In this document: positions 45,975 to 54,827 of the stretch, piece by piece
How the letters are laid out: each line of letters begins with the position of its first letter
Position numbering within the stretch: the stretch's first letter is position 1
DNA from: Burkholderiales bacterium
GTDB taxonomy: Bacteria > Pseudomonadota > Gammaproteobacteria > Burkholderiales > CAIKXV01
Assembly: GCA_038205245.1 (NCBI GenBank)
Contig: JBBRCD010000006.1
Span: forward strand, 692-64,691
Direction: 5' to 3'
Length of the DNA stretch: 64,000 nt
Translations under genes and position numbers: made by a program
Notes under the pieces: generated by a model
The model's database searches: none
The model's input: only the letters and a program-made list of their open reading frames with translations
What the model was told of the DNA's origin: nothing

Positions 45975-47029
45975 TCCGGACCGGCAGTTCCCGCGGGACT
46001 TGCCACTTGCTTGGCGCGCGGACGGCTCTGGCTGGGCGCTCGGAAGAACATCAGGCAGTTCCGTCCAGCCTGTTTCGCCCGGCTGATCGCCACCCTGGCG
46101 TTTCGCATCAGCTCGACCGGGGTGTCCCCGTCGCGGGGGAACAGCACCACGCCGGCCGAGGCGGTGTGGTTGGCCGGGGCAGTTGCCTCGCGCGGGGCGT
46201 GCAGGTCGCCAGCCTCTCCCTGGCGCTGCCCGGGGCGGCCAACCGCCAGGCGCAGGCGCTCGCCAAGGCCAGCGACAGCTCTGCGCGAGATCGGGCTGCA
46301 GATGACCGCGAACGCGTCGCCTCCGAGGTGGTAGAGCGTCGAATGATCCGAGGTACCCAGTTCTGCGCAGAGCAGGCTGCCGACTGCGCGGATCACCGCG
46401 TCGCCCTCGCGCGGACCGAGCGTCTCGTTGAGCCGATCGAAGTGGTCGATGTCGATCTTGATCATCGCACCGCAGCGCCCGGCGCGCAGTTCGCTTTCGA
46501 GTCGATCGATCAGGGCCGAGCGGTTGTAAAGGCCACTCAGCGCATCACGCCTGGCCTGCTCGCGCAACCGCTGCTCGGCTTCATGCTGCCGGGTGATGTC
46601 GCGGATGGTGCCGCACACCATTTCGATCAGCCCGCGAGCGTCGAGGATCACCCTCGCGTTGATGGTCAGCTGTTTTCTGCACTTGCCGACGTTGATCGAA
46701 GTGATGAAGTTACGGGCCTCACCCTGCGCACGAAGTGTCGCCATGAACCGCAGGTTGGCGCTGCGGCCTTCGCGCTTGTCGAAGCCGAGGAAGTGGCGGC
46801 CGATCAGGTGCGCAATCGGCTCGCCGAACAGGTCGACCGCTGAGCGGTTCAGGAAGGTGAAGCGGCCGGTCGCGTCGGTCTCCCAGACCACGTCGTTCGA
46901 CAGCTCGAGCAGCGTGTCAGTGCGCCGCTTCTGGGCGATCAGCAGGGTGACGAAGGCGCGCTTCTGCTCGATCTCGTCGCCCGGGCTGTACAGGTTGTCC
47001 CAATTCGCGCCGGTGCCGTGGTGATCCAT
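45923..47029 (-). CDS. PAS-GGDEF domain protein with a degenerate GGDAF motif
   Basis: PAS region (VVWETDATGRFTFLNRSAVDLFGEP...GTIRDITRQHEAEQ), then RRDALSGLYNR...YHLGGDAFAVI. Start set at the ATG at complement 47027-47029. The 3' end overlaps the Nudix gene by 52 nt. Confidence 0.85.
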   Translation of the reverse strand: MDHHGTGANWDNLYSPGDEIEQKRAFVTLLIAQKRRTDTLLELSNDVVWETDATGRFTFLNRSAVDLFGEPIAHLIGRHFLGFDKREGRSANLRFMATLRAQGEARNFITSINVGKCRKQLTINARVILDARGLIEMVCGTIRDITRQHEAEQRLREQARRDALSGLYNRSALIDRLESELRAGRCGAMIKIDIDHFDRLNETLGPREGDAVIRAVGSLLCAELGTSDHSTLYHLGGDAFAVICSPISRRAVAGLGERLRLAVGRPGQRQGEAGDLHAPREATAPANHTASAGVVLFPRDGDTPVELMRNARVAISRAKQAGRNCLMFFRAPSQSRPRAKQVASPAGTAGPDQARDRSPSAGRRRDSQ

Positions 47030-47239
47030 GTCTTGACCATCCAGAGTACTCCGGAGCGCAGGGCTTGCCGCGGATTGGGAAAGCGCGATTGCACGCCTCC
47101 GGGAAGCGCCCTGGCGGTGACCCGGCGAGCGCTGTCGCGCGCAGAACATTCGGGCGCTCCGACCCGCGATCCAACGCGCTGGCCTCTATTCTGGCGCCGT
47201 TGTAATATTTCGCGCAAGACGATTGAAGGGGCTTCGGCG

Positions 47240-47815
47240 ATGTCCTGCAAGCTGCTCGACTACCCGGCGCGCGGACTCTACGGCTTCCGTGTGTGTCGCT
47301 GTATTGGTGGTCAGGTCTATGACGAGTTCTACTCGCTGATCGACCGGCACAGACGGGCTGCGCCCGGCGCGGCCCGCCATGAGCGGATGACCGGCGACGC
47401 CTTCCTCAAGGTCCGGCGCATGGCGCTCACGCGCGATGCGGAACTGGGCGGCATGCAGCGTGTCTATCGCGCCTACGTGGCGGCCCGGGCCCAGCCGCAG
47501 ACCCGGGCTGCCCGGCTGACCACCGTGCGCGGCATACGGTTCTGCAGCAACCGCCCAGGCCGTCTGGGACACCTGCCGCCGGCTCCCGGATTCCTGGTCA
47601 GTGTGAAAGTCGGCCGACAGCGCGTCACCCGATACTTCACGTTGCCCGATCCGTTCCAGGCGCCGGAGTGGCAGGACGCCTGGGTCAGCGCGGTAAACTT
47701 TCTTGCCCGGACCAAGGATCTGCGCGACTGGGCGTCACTTCTGGAGCGGATTCCGGACATGCGGTCCGCGCTCACCTCTCAAGGTGCACGCGAACTTGAA
47801 AGCAGGCTAGCCTAG
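47240..47815 (+). CDS. Hypothetical protein (orphan; two internally similar G-[LI]-[YR]-F...Y-F-[ST]-L segments)
   Basis: The ATG at 47240 is preceded by GAAGGGG. 191 aa, with coding-like GC3 bias. I recognised no known family. Confidence 0.45.
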   Translation: MSCKLLDYPARGLYGFRVCRCIGGQVYDEFYSLIDRHRRAAPGAARHERMTGDAFLKVRRMALTRDAELGGMQRVYRAYVAARAQPQTRAARLTTVRGIRFCSNRPGRLGHLPPAPGFLVSVKVGRQRVTRYFTLPDPFQAPEWQDAWVSAVNFLARTKDLRDWASLLERIPDMRSALTSQGARELESRLA

Positions 47816-47832
47816 CCTGCGTAGCCGATGTT

Positions 47833-48459
47833 TCACCCATAGGCCTTGGTCAGCGGCCGGGACACTGGCTTGCCCGCCCGGGCTTCGCCGATGGCAGCAA
47901 GCGCCAGGTTGCGCGCCTTGCGCACGTCGCGCATCGAGCGGTCGTCATCGATCGCGCCGGCATAGATGAGCCGCCCCTTCGGGTCGATGACGACGGTGTG
48001 CGGCGTCACCATGGCGCCGTACAGGCGGCCGACCTTGCCATCCGGGTCCTGCAGCATCGCGTTCTGCGCGCCGTTCCACTTCTTCAGCATCTCGGCAGTC
48101 TGGCTTGCATTGAAAAAGCTCGAGTGCCCTGGATGAGTCGAGTCGATCGACAGCCAGACTGCGCCGTCGGCACGTGCGCGCTTCTGTGCACCCTGCATCG
48201 TGCCCGCATTGTAGTGGGTCTTGATCGTATAGCACTCGCTGCCCCACCACTCGAGCACGACGAATTTTCCAGCGAACTCGGACAGCGAAACCTTGCGCCC
48301 GTCGATTCCGGTCAGCGCGAAATCAGGGGCCGGGTCGCCCACTATGGCCAGGGCCGTCTGCGCCCTGGCGGGTGCGGCGGGCCACAGCGCCGACACTGAC
48401 GCCGACAGTGCCAGCAGCATGAGCAGGGTTGTGACACGGTTGGTTGACTTGAGGGTCAT
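47833..48459 (-). CDS. Exported thioredoxin-fold (redoxin/AhpC-TSA-like) protein lacking a CxxC pair
   Basis: Signal peptide MTLKSTNRVTTLLMLLALSASVSALWPAAPARAQ. Redoxin-like PAPDFALTGIDGRKVSLSEFAGKFVVLEWWGSECYTIKTHY has a single Cys where CxxC or CPxV is expected. Confidence 0.75.
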   Translation of the reverse strand: MTLKSTNRVTTLLMLLALSASVSALWPAAPARAQTALAIVGDPAPDFALTGIDGRKVSLSEFAGKFVVLEWWGSECYTIKTHYNAGTMQGAQKRARADGAVWLSIDSTHPGHSSFFNASQTAEMLKKWNGAQNAMLQDPDGKVGRLYGAMVTPHTVVIDPKGRLIYAGAIDDDRSMRDVRKARNLALAAIGEARAGKPVSRPLTKAYG

Positions 48460-48488
48460 CAACGATCTCCGATGGTGGGGGGCAGGGG

Positions 48489-48558
48489 GGAGGGAGTCAG
48501 GTGAAGGCAGTCCGGTGGAGGGAGTCCGGTGGAGGGAGTCCGGTGGAGGGAGTCACGG
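48489..48558. repeat. 14-bp G-rich tandem repeat x5 between the redoxin gene and dsbD
   Basis: GGAGGGAGTCAGGT GAAGGCAGTCCGGT GGAGGGAGTCCGGT GGAGGGAGTCCGGT GGAGGGAGTCACGG. Confidence 0.9.
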
Positions 48559-48579
48559 CGGGTGGGATGGACCCGGTGT

Positions 48580-50808
48580 TCAGCGCGCGCCTGCGACCGG
48601 ACTGCTGATCTTCGCATCCAGCGCGGTCAGTACGATGTCACGGGTCAGCAACTCTGGCAGCAGCACCGGCTGTGTCCTACCGGGCAGGTAGACCACATAC
48701 ACCGGCACGCCGCTGCGGCCATAGCCGGCAAGGGCCTCGGTGATCGCGCGGTCACGGCGGGTCCAGTCTGCGCGCAGGGTCGCAACGTTGCCCGCCTTGA
48801 AGCGTGCGGCGACCGCAGCGGTTTCCAGCACCAGCTGCTTGTTGGCCTGGCAGGTGACGCACCAGGCGGCAGTGAAATCGATGAACACCGGCCGACCCTC
48901 GGCGCGCAGCTGCGCGACCCGCTCGCTGGACCAGGGCTGCCAGTCGACCAGTCCTGCGGCGGGACGCACCGAACCGGCGCTCGGCTCGGCGCCCGGCGCT
49001 GGCCAGGCGGCGTACAGGCCGGCCAGTGCGACCGCGAGCGTCGCTGTGGCCGCCACTGCGCGCCCGGGCTGGGTAGAACCCGGGTGCGCAAAGCGGCCGT
49101 AGATCCATGCGGCCAAGGCAACCAGTACCAGCCCGGCAAGCAGGCCGAGCACTGCATCGTTGCCCGCCTGCATGCCGAGCACCCAGACCAGCCAGGCGAC
49201 GGTACCGAGCAGCGGAAACACCATGGCCTGCCGGAAGGTGACCATCCATGGCCCGGGCCGCGGCAGCAGGCGCGCGGCACGCGGCATGAACGACAGCAGC
49301 ACATAGGGCGACGCCATGCCGATGGCCAGCGCCCCGAACACCGCGAAAGCCATCGCCGCCGACTGGGCGAGCGCGTATCCGAGCGCTGCCCCCATGAAGG
49401 GCGCAGTGCAGGGTGCGGCGACCGCGACCGCCAGCACGCCAGTCAGGAACGCCCCGGTGTTGCCGCCACGCTCGGGGACGTTGCCGGCGGCCGACGCGAC
49501 CCGCAATCCGGTTTCGAATACCCCGGCGAGGTTGAGCGCGAGCAGGGTGAACAGGACCGCCATCGCCGCGACGAACGGCGGGGACTGCAACTGGAAGCCC
49601 CAGCCGATCTGCTCGCCCCCGGCTCGAAGCGCGATCAGCACACCGGCCAGCGCCCAGAACGACAGCAATACGCCGGCACCGAAGGCGAGGCCGTGCACGC
49701 GCAGGGCGGCGGGATCGCGCGTCGCCTGCTCGACCATCGCCAGCGCCTTGATCGACAGCACCGGGAACACGCAGGGCATCAGGTTGAGGATCAGGCCGCC
49801 GACCAGCGCAAGCAGCAGGGCCAGCGCAAGCCCGATCGGGGCCGGCGTGGCGGGCTGCGCAGAGATCGACGACGCGCCGGTCGACGTGTCTCCGGTTGTG
49901 CCGTCCAATCGTGGCCCGAGCGCGGCGATCTCGGGCACCAGCGCAGCCTCGATCATCGCCGCCGCCGGCTGGTTCGCGCCCAGACCGGCCGAGGCCACCA
50001 GCAGGCCCGAAACGCGTTCGATCGGGGTGGTCGGCTGGACTTGCAGCGGCACCTGCACCAGCAATCCGTCCCGGTGCCGGACGGTGGATTGGGGTTTCGA
50101 GTGCGCGACCTGGCCTTCAAAGCCATTGAAGAAATAGATCTCGCCTGCCGGCACGACCGTTCCGGGCGGCGCCTTGAGCGAGATCAGAAGCTGCTGGCCG
50201 GCGACAGTCGCCGAGGCGGTCCAGCCAGTCAGCGTCCCGGGCAGTGCGCTGCGCGCCTGGGCGAACAGCGCCTGCCAGCGCGGGTCGGGCGCGGCGGCGA
50301 CCGGGGCCACCGGTAACTGGAAGCCGACCATCGCCGACTCCGGGATGCACACATCCTTGCACACCAGCCACTCGGCCAGTGCACTGACTCTGAGCATCGA
50401 TTCGGCGAATCCGGCCGGAACATCGATGCGTACCGGCAGCACCACCTCGCGTTCATAGCCGTAGTTCATCAGCGGCCCGACCGGGAGGCGTTTTGGTACC
50501 GGCCACTGCAGCGCGCCCGCGCTCACCCCGGCCGGCAGTTGCCACTGCAACTGGGTGGCGAGGCCGGAGTCTCCCGGGTTCAGCCAGTAGGTATGCCATT
50601 GCGGCGCGATACGCATTCGCAGCGCTGCCCAGAACGGCTCACCCGGGCGCACCGTGGTCACCTCGGGGACAAGATCGACCTGCACCTGGCGTGAAGCCGG
50701 GCCGCCGAACGGTGCCTGCGCCGCCGACCAGTCAGCGCCGAACGAGCACAGGCCGGTGGCAAAAACGACCACCAGCCAACGCCAACCTGACCGGGAACAA
50801 TGGGACAT
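48580..50808 (-). CDS. dsbD: Thiol:disulfide interchange protein, DsbD/ScsB-like transmembrane reductase
   Basis: Signal peptide, a large N-terminal periplasmic domain and a central multi-TM core with Cys residues (NLMPCVFPVLS...AAPCTAPFMG). C-terminal thioredoxin domain FIDFTAAWCVTCQ. Start at the ATG at complement 50806-50808 (GTG alternative at 50835). Confidence 0.9.
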   Translation of the reverse strand: MSHCSRSGWRWLVVVFATGLCSFGADWSAAQAPFGGPASRQVQVDLVPEVTTVRPGEPFWAALRMRIAPQWHTYWLNPGDSGLATQLQWQLPAGVSAGALQWPVPKRLPVGPLMNYGYEREVVLPVRIDVPAGFAESMLRVSALAEWLVCKDVCIPESAMVGFQLPVAPVAAAPDPRWQALFAQARSALPGTLTGWTASATVAGQQLLISLKAPPGTVVPAGEIYFFNGFEGQVAHSKPQSTVRHRDGLLVQVPLQVQPTTPIERVSGLLVASAGLGANQPAAAMIEAALVPEIAALGPRLDGTTGDTSTGASSISAQPATPAPIGLALALLLALVGGLILNLMPCVFPVLSIKALAMVEQATRDPAALRVHGLAFGAGVLLSFWALAGVLIALRAGGEQIGWGFQLQSPPFVAAMAVLFTLLALNLAGVFETGLRVASAAGNVPERGGNTGAFLTGVLAVAVAAPCTAPFMGAALGYALAQSAAMAFAVFGALAIGMASPYVLLSFMPRAARLLPRPGPWMVTFRQAMVFPLLGTVAWLVWVLGMQAGNDAVLGLLAGLVLVALAAWIYGRFAHPGSTQPGRAVAATATLAVALAGLYAAWPAPGAEPSAGSVRPAAGLVDWQPWSSERVAQLRAEGRPVFIDFTAAWCVTCQANKQLVLETAAVAARFKAGNVATLRADWTRRDRAITEALAGYGRSGVPVYVVYLPGRTQPVLLPELLTRDIVLTALDAKISSPVAGAR

Positions 50809-50884
50809 GAACGCGGGAATCACCTGTATCGGCACACCCTGTTATCGGCCGGATCCGATCGGGATTCACCTCCGGCTGGAGAAA

Positions 50885-52507
50885 TCAGTTCAGCAGGAAG
50901 GCCGAGGGCACATTTTCTACCACCAATCGGCGATAGGACATCTGGGCGTCCGCGATGTCGAGCGAGATGAGGTTGCGCGCATCGGTGACGATACTGCCAC
51001 GACGCAAGGTATCGGAATCGAGCTTGTTCGGCTGGTCGAGCATCGACCGCAGCGTGCTGGCATGGCGCGCAGGCACATCTCGCACCGGCACCGCGGTCGG
51101 CGGGGTGAGGTGGGCGGCGCTGGCAACGACGAAGCTGTTGAGGTGACGCGAGCCCGCCGCATCCGGCCGGTACACCACGATCTCGGGCAACTCCGAGTGC
51201 AGCGTGACCAGGAAATGGGCGTACACCGTTGGCCGGTCCAGGTCGACGAACGTGTTGAACACGGCCACCCCATCCGGCTTCAGGCAGCCGCGCAGGTCGT
51301 GAAAGAAATCGCGGGTGATCAGATACTCGGGGATGCCATCCCCATGGAACAGGTCGATCACGATCAGATCGTAAGTCGACCGGCAGGCGCGCAGATAAGT
51401 GCGGGCATCGGCCTCGATACCGCGCACCTTTCTGGGGTCGAAACCGAAGTGCTTCTCGGCGACCTGGAACGAGACCGGGTCGATCTCCACAGCCGTCACC
51501 TCGGTGCCGCGCCGGGCGAGGGTCATCGGCACCACGCCCGCACCCAGCCCGAGCACCAGGGCGCGATGGGCTTGCGGACGATAGGCCTGGGTCAGCGCCT
51601 CCAGCCCGTAGGTGAAAAACGACAGCGAGCGGTTGTCCGCGTCGAGCGTGTTCTGCACCAGCCCGTCCTGGAAATAGATGCGCATCTGGTCGGCAGGCTT
51701 GGCGCCTGCGGGTGCGGCGATGATCTTCACCGTGCCGAACAGCGAGCCGTACTCCGCCTGTTTCTCCCACACCATTCCGCCATAGCTGGCCGGCCACAGG
51801 CGGTCGAGGTAGCGGTCCGAGCCGATCAGCAGCCCGGCCGAGGCGATCGTGGCGACGACGCTGATGGCGATCAGACGGCTGCGGTCGGCCACCGGAACCG
51901 GTGGCCGGAGCGCGCCGATCAGCGACAGCACCGACAGCACAACCGCCACCGACAGCACCGCGTTGTAGTTCGACACATGGGGCATCAGCACGAACGCGGT
52001 GACGATCACCCCGGCCACCGAGCCGACGGTACTGATGAAGAACACCCGGCCAGAACCGGCGTCCAGTTGCTCCAGGGCTTTGTCCTGACCCGCGCGCGCA
52101 CGGGTCATGATTGCCACCAGCAGCGGATTCATCGCCGAGGTGGTCAGCAGGGGCAGGAACAGCAGGATGATGCAGGCGATAAAGGCGCCGACAACCAGAT
52201 CGAGGTTGGCCAACGCGTGGAAGGCATACGGGTAGACCAGACAGGCGGCGACAATGGCCAGGGCGGCCCAGGCCGGTTGGGCCAGATACCACTGGGCGAG
52301 GCGCTCGATCGATGGGGCTCGCCTGGAATGGGTGAGCAGTCCACCTGCCCAGTAGCCGACCGCGAGCGCGATCAGGGTGATCGACAGAATGCCGGTCCAG
52401 ATATAAATGCTGACGCCGAAGTAGGGCGTCATGATGCGTGACGCGAGCAGCTCGAGAGCCAGAATGGCGGCGCCGGTGGTGAAGATGATCGCGTTGAGGA
52501 GAAACAT
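50885..52507 (-). CDS. Membrane-fused spermidine-synthase-like protein (multi-TM N-terminus plus class I aminopropyl/methyl-transferase fold)
   Basis: N-terminus MFLLNAIIFTTGAAILALELLASRIMTPYFGVSIYIWT plus further TM segments. C-terminal LVLGLGAGVVPMTLARRGTEVTAVEIDP...IVIDLFHGDGIPEYL. Confidence 0.8.
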   Translation of the reverse strand: MFLLNAIIFTTGAAILALELLASRIMTPYFGVSIYIWTGILSITLIALAVGYWAGGLLTHSRRAPSIERLAQWYLAQPAWAALAIVAACLVYPYAFHALANLDLVVGAFIACIILLFLPLLTTSAMNPLLVAIMTRARAGQDKALEQLDAGSGRVFFISTVGSVAGVIVTAFVLMPHVSNYNAVLSVAVVLSVLSLIGALRPPVPVADRSRLIAISVVATIASAGLLIGSDRYLDRLWPASYGGMVWEKQAEYGSLFGTVKIIAAPAGAKPADQMRIYFQDGLVQNTLDADNRSLSFFTYGLEALTQAYRPQAHRALVLGLGAGVVPMTLARRGTEVTAVEIDPVSFQVAEKHFGFDPRKVRGIEADARTYLRACRSTYDLIVIDLFHGDGIPEYLITRDFFHDLRGCLKPDGVAVFNTFVDLDRPTVYAHFLVTLHSELPEIVVYRPDAAGSRHLNSFVVASAAHLTPPTAVPVRDVPARHASTLRSMLDQPNKLDSDTLRRGSIVTDARNLISLDIADAQMSYRRLVVENVPSAFLLN

Positions 52508-52866
52508 GGTCAGGCTGGACTGGGTTATCGGGATTTGTTACTGCGCGCGCTGGCGCCGCGGTGCCGTTTGAGCCGGGACGGGCACAGCGCCGGCGGGCGG
52601 CCGGCGAGGGGCAGAAGGCAAGGGGTCAGCGGCAAGGAACGAAGGGGTCGCGGATTGTAAGGCCATGTCCGGCCCGCCGATAGGACAAAGTGGTGTTTGC
52701 TAGACTTCGGCTGCCGCTTTGTGGCGCCGCCGTGATTCACCCTCGTTTTGCGCGGTGCGGGGGTATAAACGAAGGTCTGTAAACGAGTACGACCGGTGTG
52801 CGCACGAGCGGTACACGCGCGACCGGCACGAGAACGACTGGCAAGCCTAAGACTGGAAGGTCCCGG

Positions 52867-53838
52867 ATGAACCTGATGAATGAAGCGGCAGGGCGCCGCC
52901 CCCTGGCAGCACTTATGGCGCTGCTGCTCCCCCTGCTCTGGGTGTCCCTGCCCATGCTGCCCGGACCACACCAGCCGCAGGCCCGGGCTCAGCCGGGCAC
53001 GGCGGCGACCGCGGTCGGTCCGAACGACACCGGGGTGGTCGATGAGGATACCGACACGCCCTATGTGCCGACGCCGCCTGAAGTGGTGGAGCGGATGCTG
53101 TCGCTCGCTGGGCTGGGTCCGAAGGACTACCTGATCGATCTCGGGTCGGGGGATGGCCGTATCGTGCTCGCGGCAGTCTCCAAGTTCGGCGCCCGCGGCC
53201 ATGGCATCGAGATCGACCCGCGGTTGATCAAGCGCAGCCAGGATGCGGCCCGCAAGCTGGGCATCAGCGACCGGGCGCAGTTCCTGACCCAGGATCTGTT
53301 CGAGTCCGATTTCTCGAAGGCGACGGTGATCAGCGTCTACCTGTTGCCCAAGGTGATGCAGTTGCTGACGCCGAAGTTTGCCGGTCTGCGGCCGGGCACC
53401 CGAATCGTCTCGCACGACTATGCGCTCCTCGCCGACTGGCGGCCTGACTTCTCGGTGCGCATGTTCGTGCCCAACAAGCCGGTCGGGCGCGACAAGCACA
53501 GCACGCTGATGTTGTGGACCGTACCGGCGCCGGTGGCAGGCACCTGGCGCTTCGATCTGCCCAAGGCCCAGGGCGGCGGACAGGTCGAGATCGCGATTGC
53601 CCAGACCTATCAGGTACTCAAGGGCAAGGCGACGATCGACGGCCAGCCGGTCGACGTGATGGGTCTGCGCATCGAAGGCGAACGGATGCGCTTCGCGCTC
53701 GAGCCGGTCGGCAATGGCGAGCGCCTTCGCCACGAGTTCGATGGACAGGTCAGTGGCGACCGGGTCTCCGGGGGCGTGGTGTTCGACGGTCAGCCACCGA
53801 CATCACCCGCGAAGTGGGATGCGCGCCGCGGCGGTTAG
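52867..53838 (+). CDS. Exported class I SAM-methyltransferase-like protein, paralog 1 of 7
   Basis: The ATG at 52867 follows GGAAGG. MNLMNEAAGRRPLAALMALLLPLLWVSL...ARAQ signal. YVPTPPEVVERML...LIDLGSGDGRIVLAA...GIEID...QDLFESD...VISVYLLP...LRPGTRIVSHDY. WTVPAPVAGTW hinge and C-terminal domain. Confidence 0.85.
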   Translation: MNLMNEAAGRRPLAALMALLLPLLWVSLPMLPGPHQPQARAQPGTAATAVGPNDTGVVDEDTDTPYVPTPPEVVERMLSLAGLGPKDYLIDLGSGDGRIVLAAVSKFGARGHGIEIDPRLIKRSQDAARKLGISDRAQFLTQDLFESDFSKATVISVYLLPKVMQLLTPKFAGLRPGTRIVSHDYALLADWRPDFSVRMFVPNKPVGRDKHSTLMLWTVPAPVAGTWRFDLPKAQGGGQVEIAIAQTYQVLKGKATIDGQPVDVMGLRIEGERMRFALEPVGNGERLRHEFDGQVSGDRVSGGVVFDGQPPTSPAKWDARRGG

Positions 53839-54056
53839 CATGACCTGGAAAAGCGCAGCGAGGCGGGCCGCCTGCCGTCGGCGTGGCGCATAGCGCTTTT
53901 CGCCGTCAGGACAATGGTGCAGACTGGGCGCGTGTCGGCCTGGCGGCCAGGGGACAGACCCCGCATGGGGTATGTCCCGGCTTCTGTCACCTCTTCCACA
54001 CGGCTGATCGAGTGGGCGCGATGCGCAACGACGAAAAACAACGACAACAGGGAGAC

Positions 54057-54713
54057 ATGATGAAATCACGTACAACCGCGTTGCTGGCTTCTATCGCAAT
54101 CCTGGCCGGCTGTATTGGCGCCGACAGTTCACCGACATCGCTCGGCTTCTTTGTCACCAGCGCCGGCTCGGGCCGGGGCGCCGACCTGGGCGGCCTTGCT
54201 GGCGCCGATGCGCTTTGCCAGCGGCTGGGCGCGTCGGCCGGGTCGGGTCACCGCACCTGGCGGGCCTATCTCAGCACGCAGCCGACCGCCGGCGCACCGG
54301 CAGTGAATGCGCGTGACCGGATCGGCCGCGGCCCGTGGGCGAACGCCAAGGGCGTGATCGTTGCCGAGAACGTGGCGCAGCTTCATGGCGACAACAACCT
54401 GAACCAGAAGACCGCGCTGACCGAAACCGGCGCGATGGTCAACGGGCGCACCGAGAAGCCCAACATGCACGACATCCTCACTGGCTCGCAGGCGGACGGC
54501 ACCGCGTTCCCGGCTGGCGATGATCGTACGTGCAGCAACTGGACCAGCAGTACCGGGGGCTCGGCGATGGTCGGCCACCATGATCGTATCGGGCTGACCG
54601 ATACCCCCGCGGCGCGCTCATGGAACACGTCGCATCCGTCCAAGGCCTGCAGCCAGGAGGCGCTGATCAGCACCGGCGGTAACGGCTTCCTCTACTGCTT
54701 CGCGGCACGCTGA
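54057..54713 (+). CDS. Lipoprotein with an endostatin-like (C-type-lectin-fold) domain
   Basis: ATG after GGGAG. Lipobox ILAGC. GADLGGLAGADALCQ...WRAYLST...ILTGSQADG...RTCSNWTS...KACS...FLYCFAA parallels endostatin RGIRGADFQCFQ...FRAFLSS...WHGSDPSG...YCETWRT...SC...IVLCIE as I remember it. Four Cys follow the lipobox. Confidence 0.65.
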   Translation: MMKSRTTALLASIAILAGCIGADSSPTSLGFFVTSAGSGRGADLGGLAGADALCQRLGASAGSGHRTWRAYLSTQPTAGAPAVNARDRIGRGPWANAKGVIVAENVAQLHGDNNLNQKTALTETGAMVNGRTEKPNMHDILTGSQADGTAFPAGDDRTCSNWTSSTGGSAMVGHHDRIGLTDTPAARSWNTSHPSKACSQEALISTGGNGFLYCFAAR

Positions 54714-54827
54714 ACCAGGGGCGCGGGTTGCGGATGGCCCAGACGCAGCCGGCTCCGTCGGTAACCGACGCGCCCGGACACCGCCGTCATCGCGGTGCGC
54801 CGGTCAGCACGGCGCTGGCATTCGCAC

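Noticed and set aside
48529-52441. Two 595-aa + strand ORFs (48529-50316 and 50654-52441) opposite dsbD and the spermidine-synthase-like gene.
   Set aside because: Same reasoning. The minus-strand products have signal peptides, TM cores, a WCVTCQ motif and a Rossmann motif. The + strand products are low complexity.
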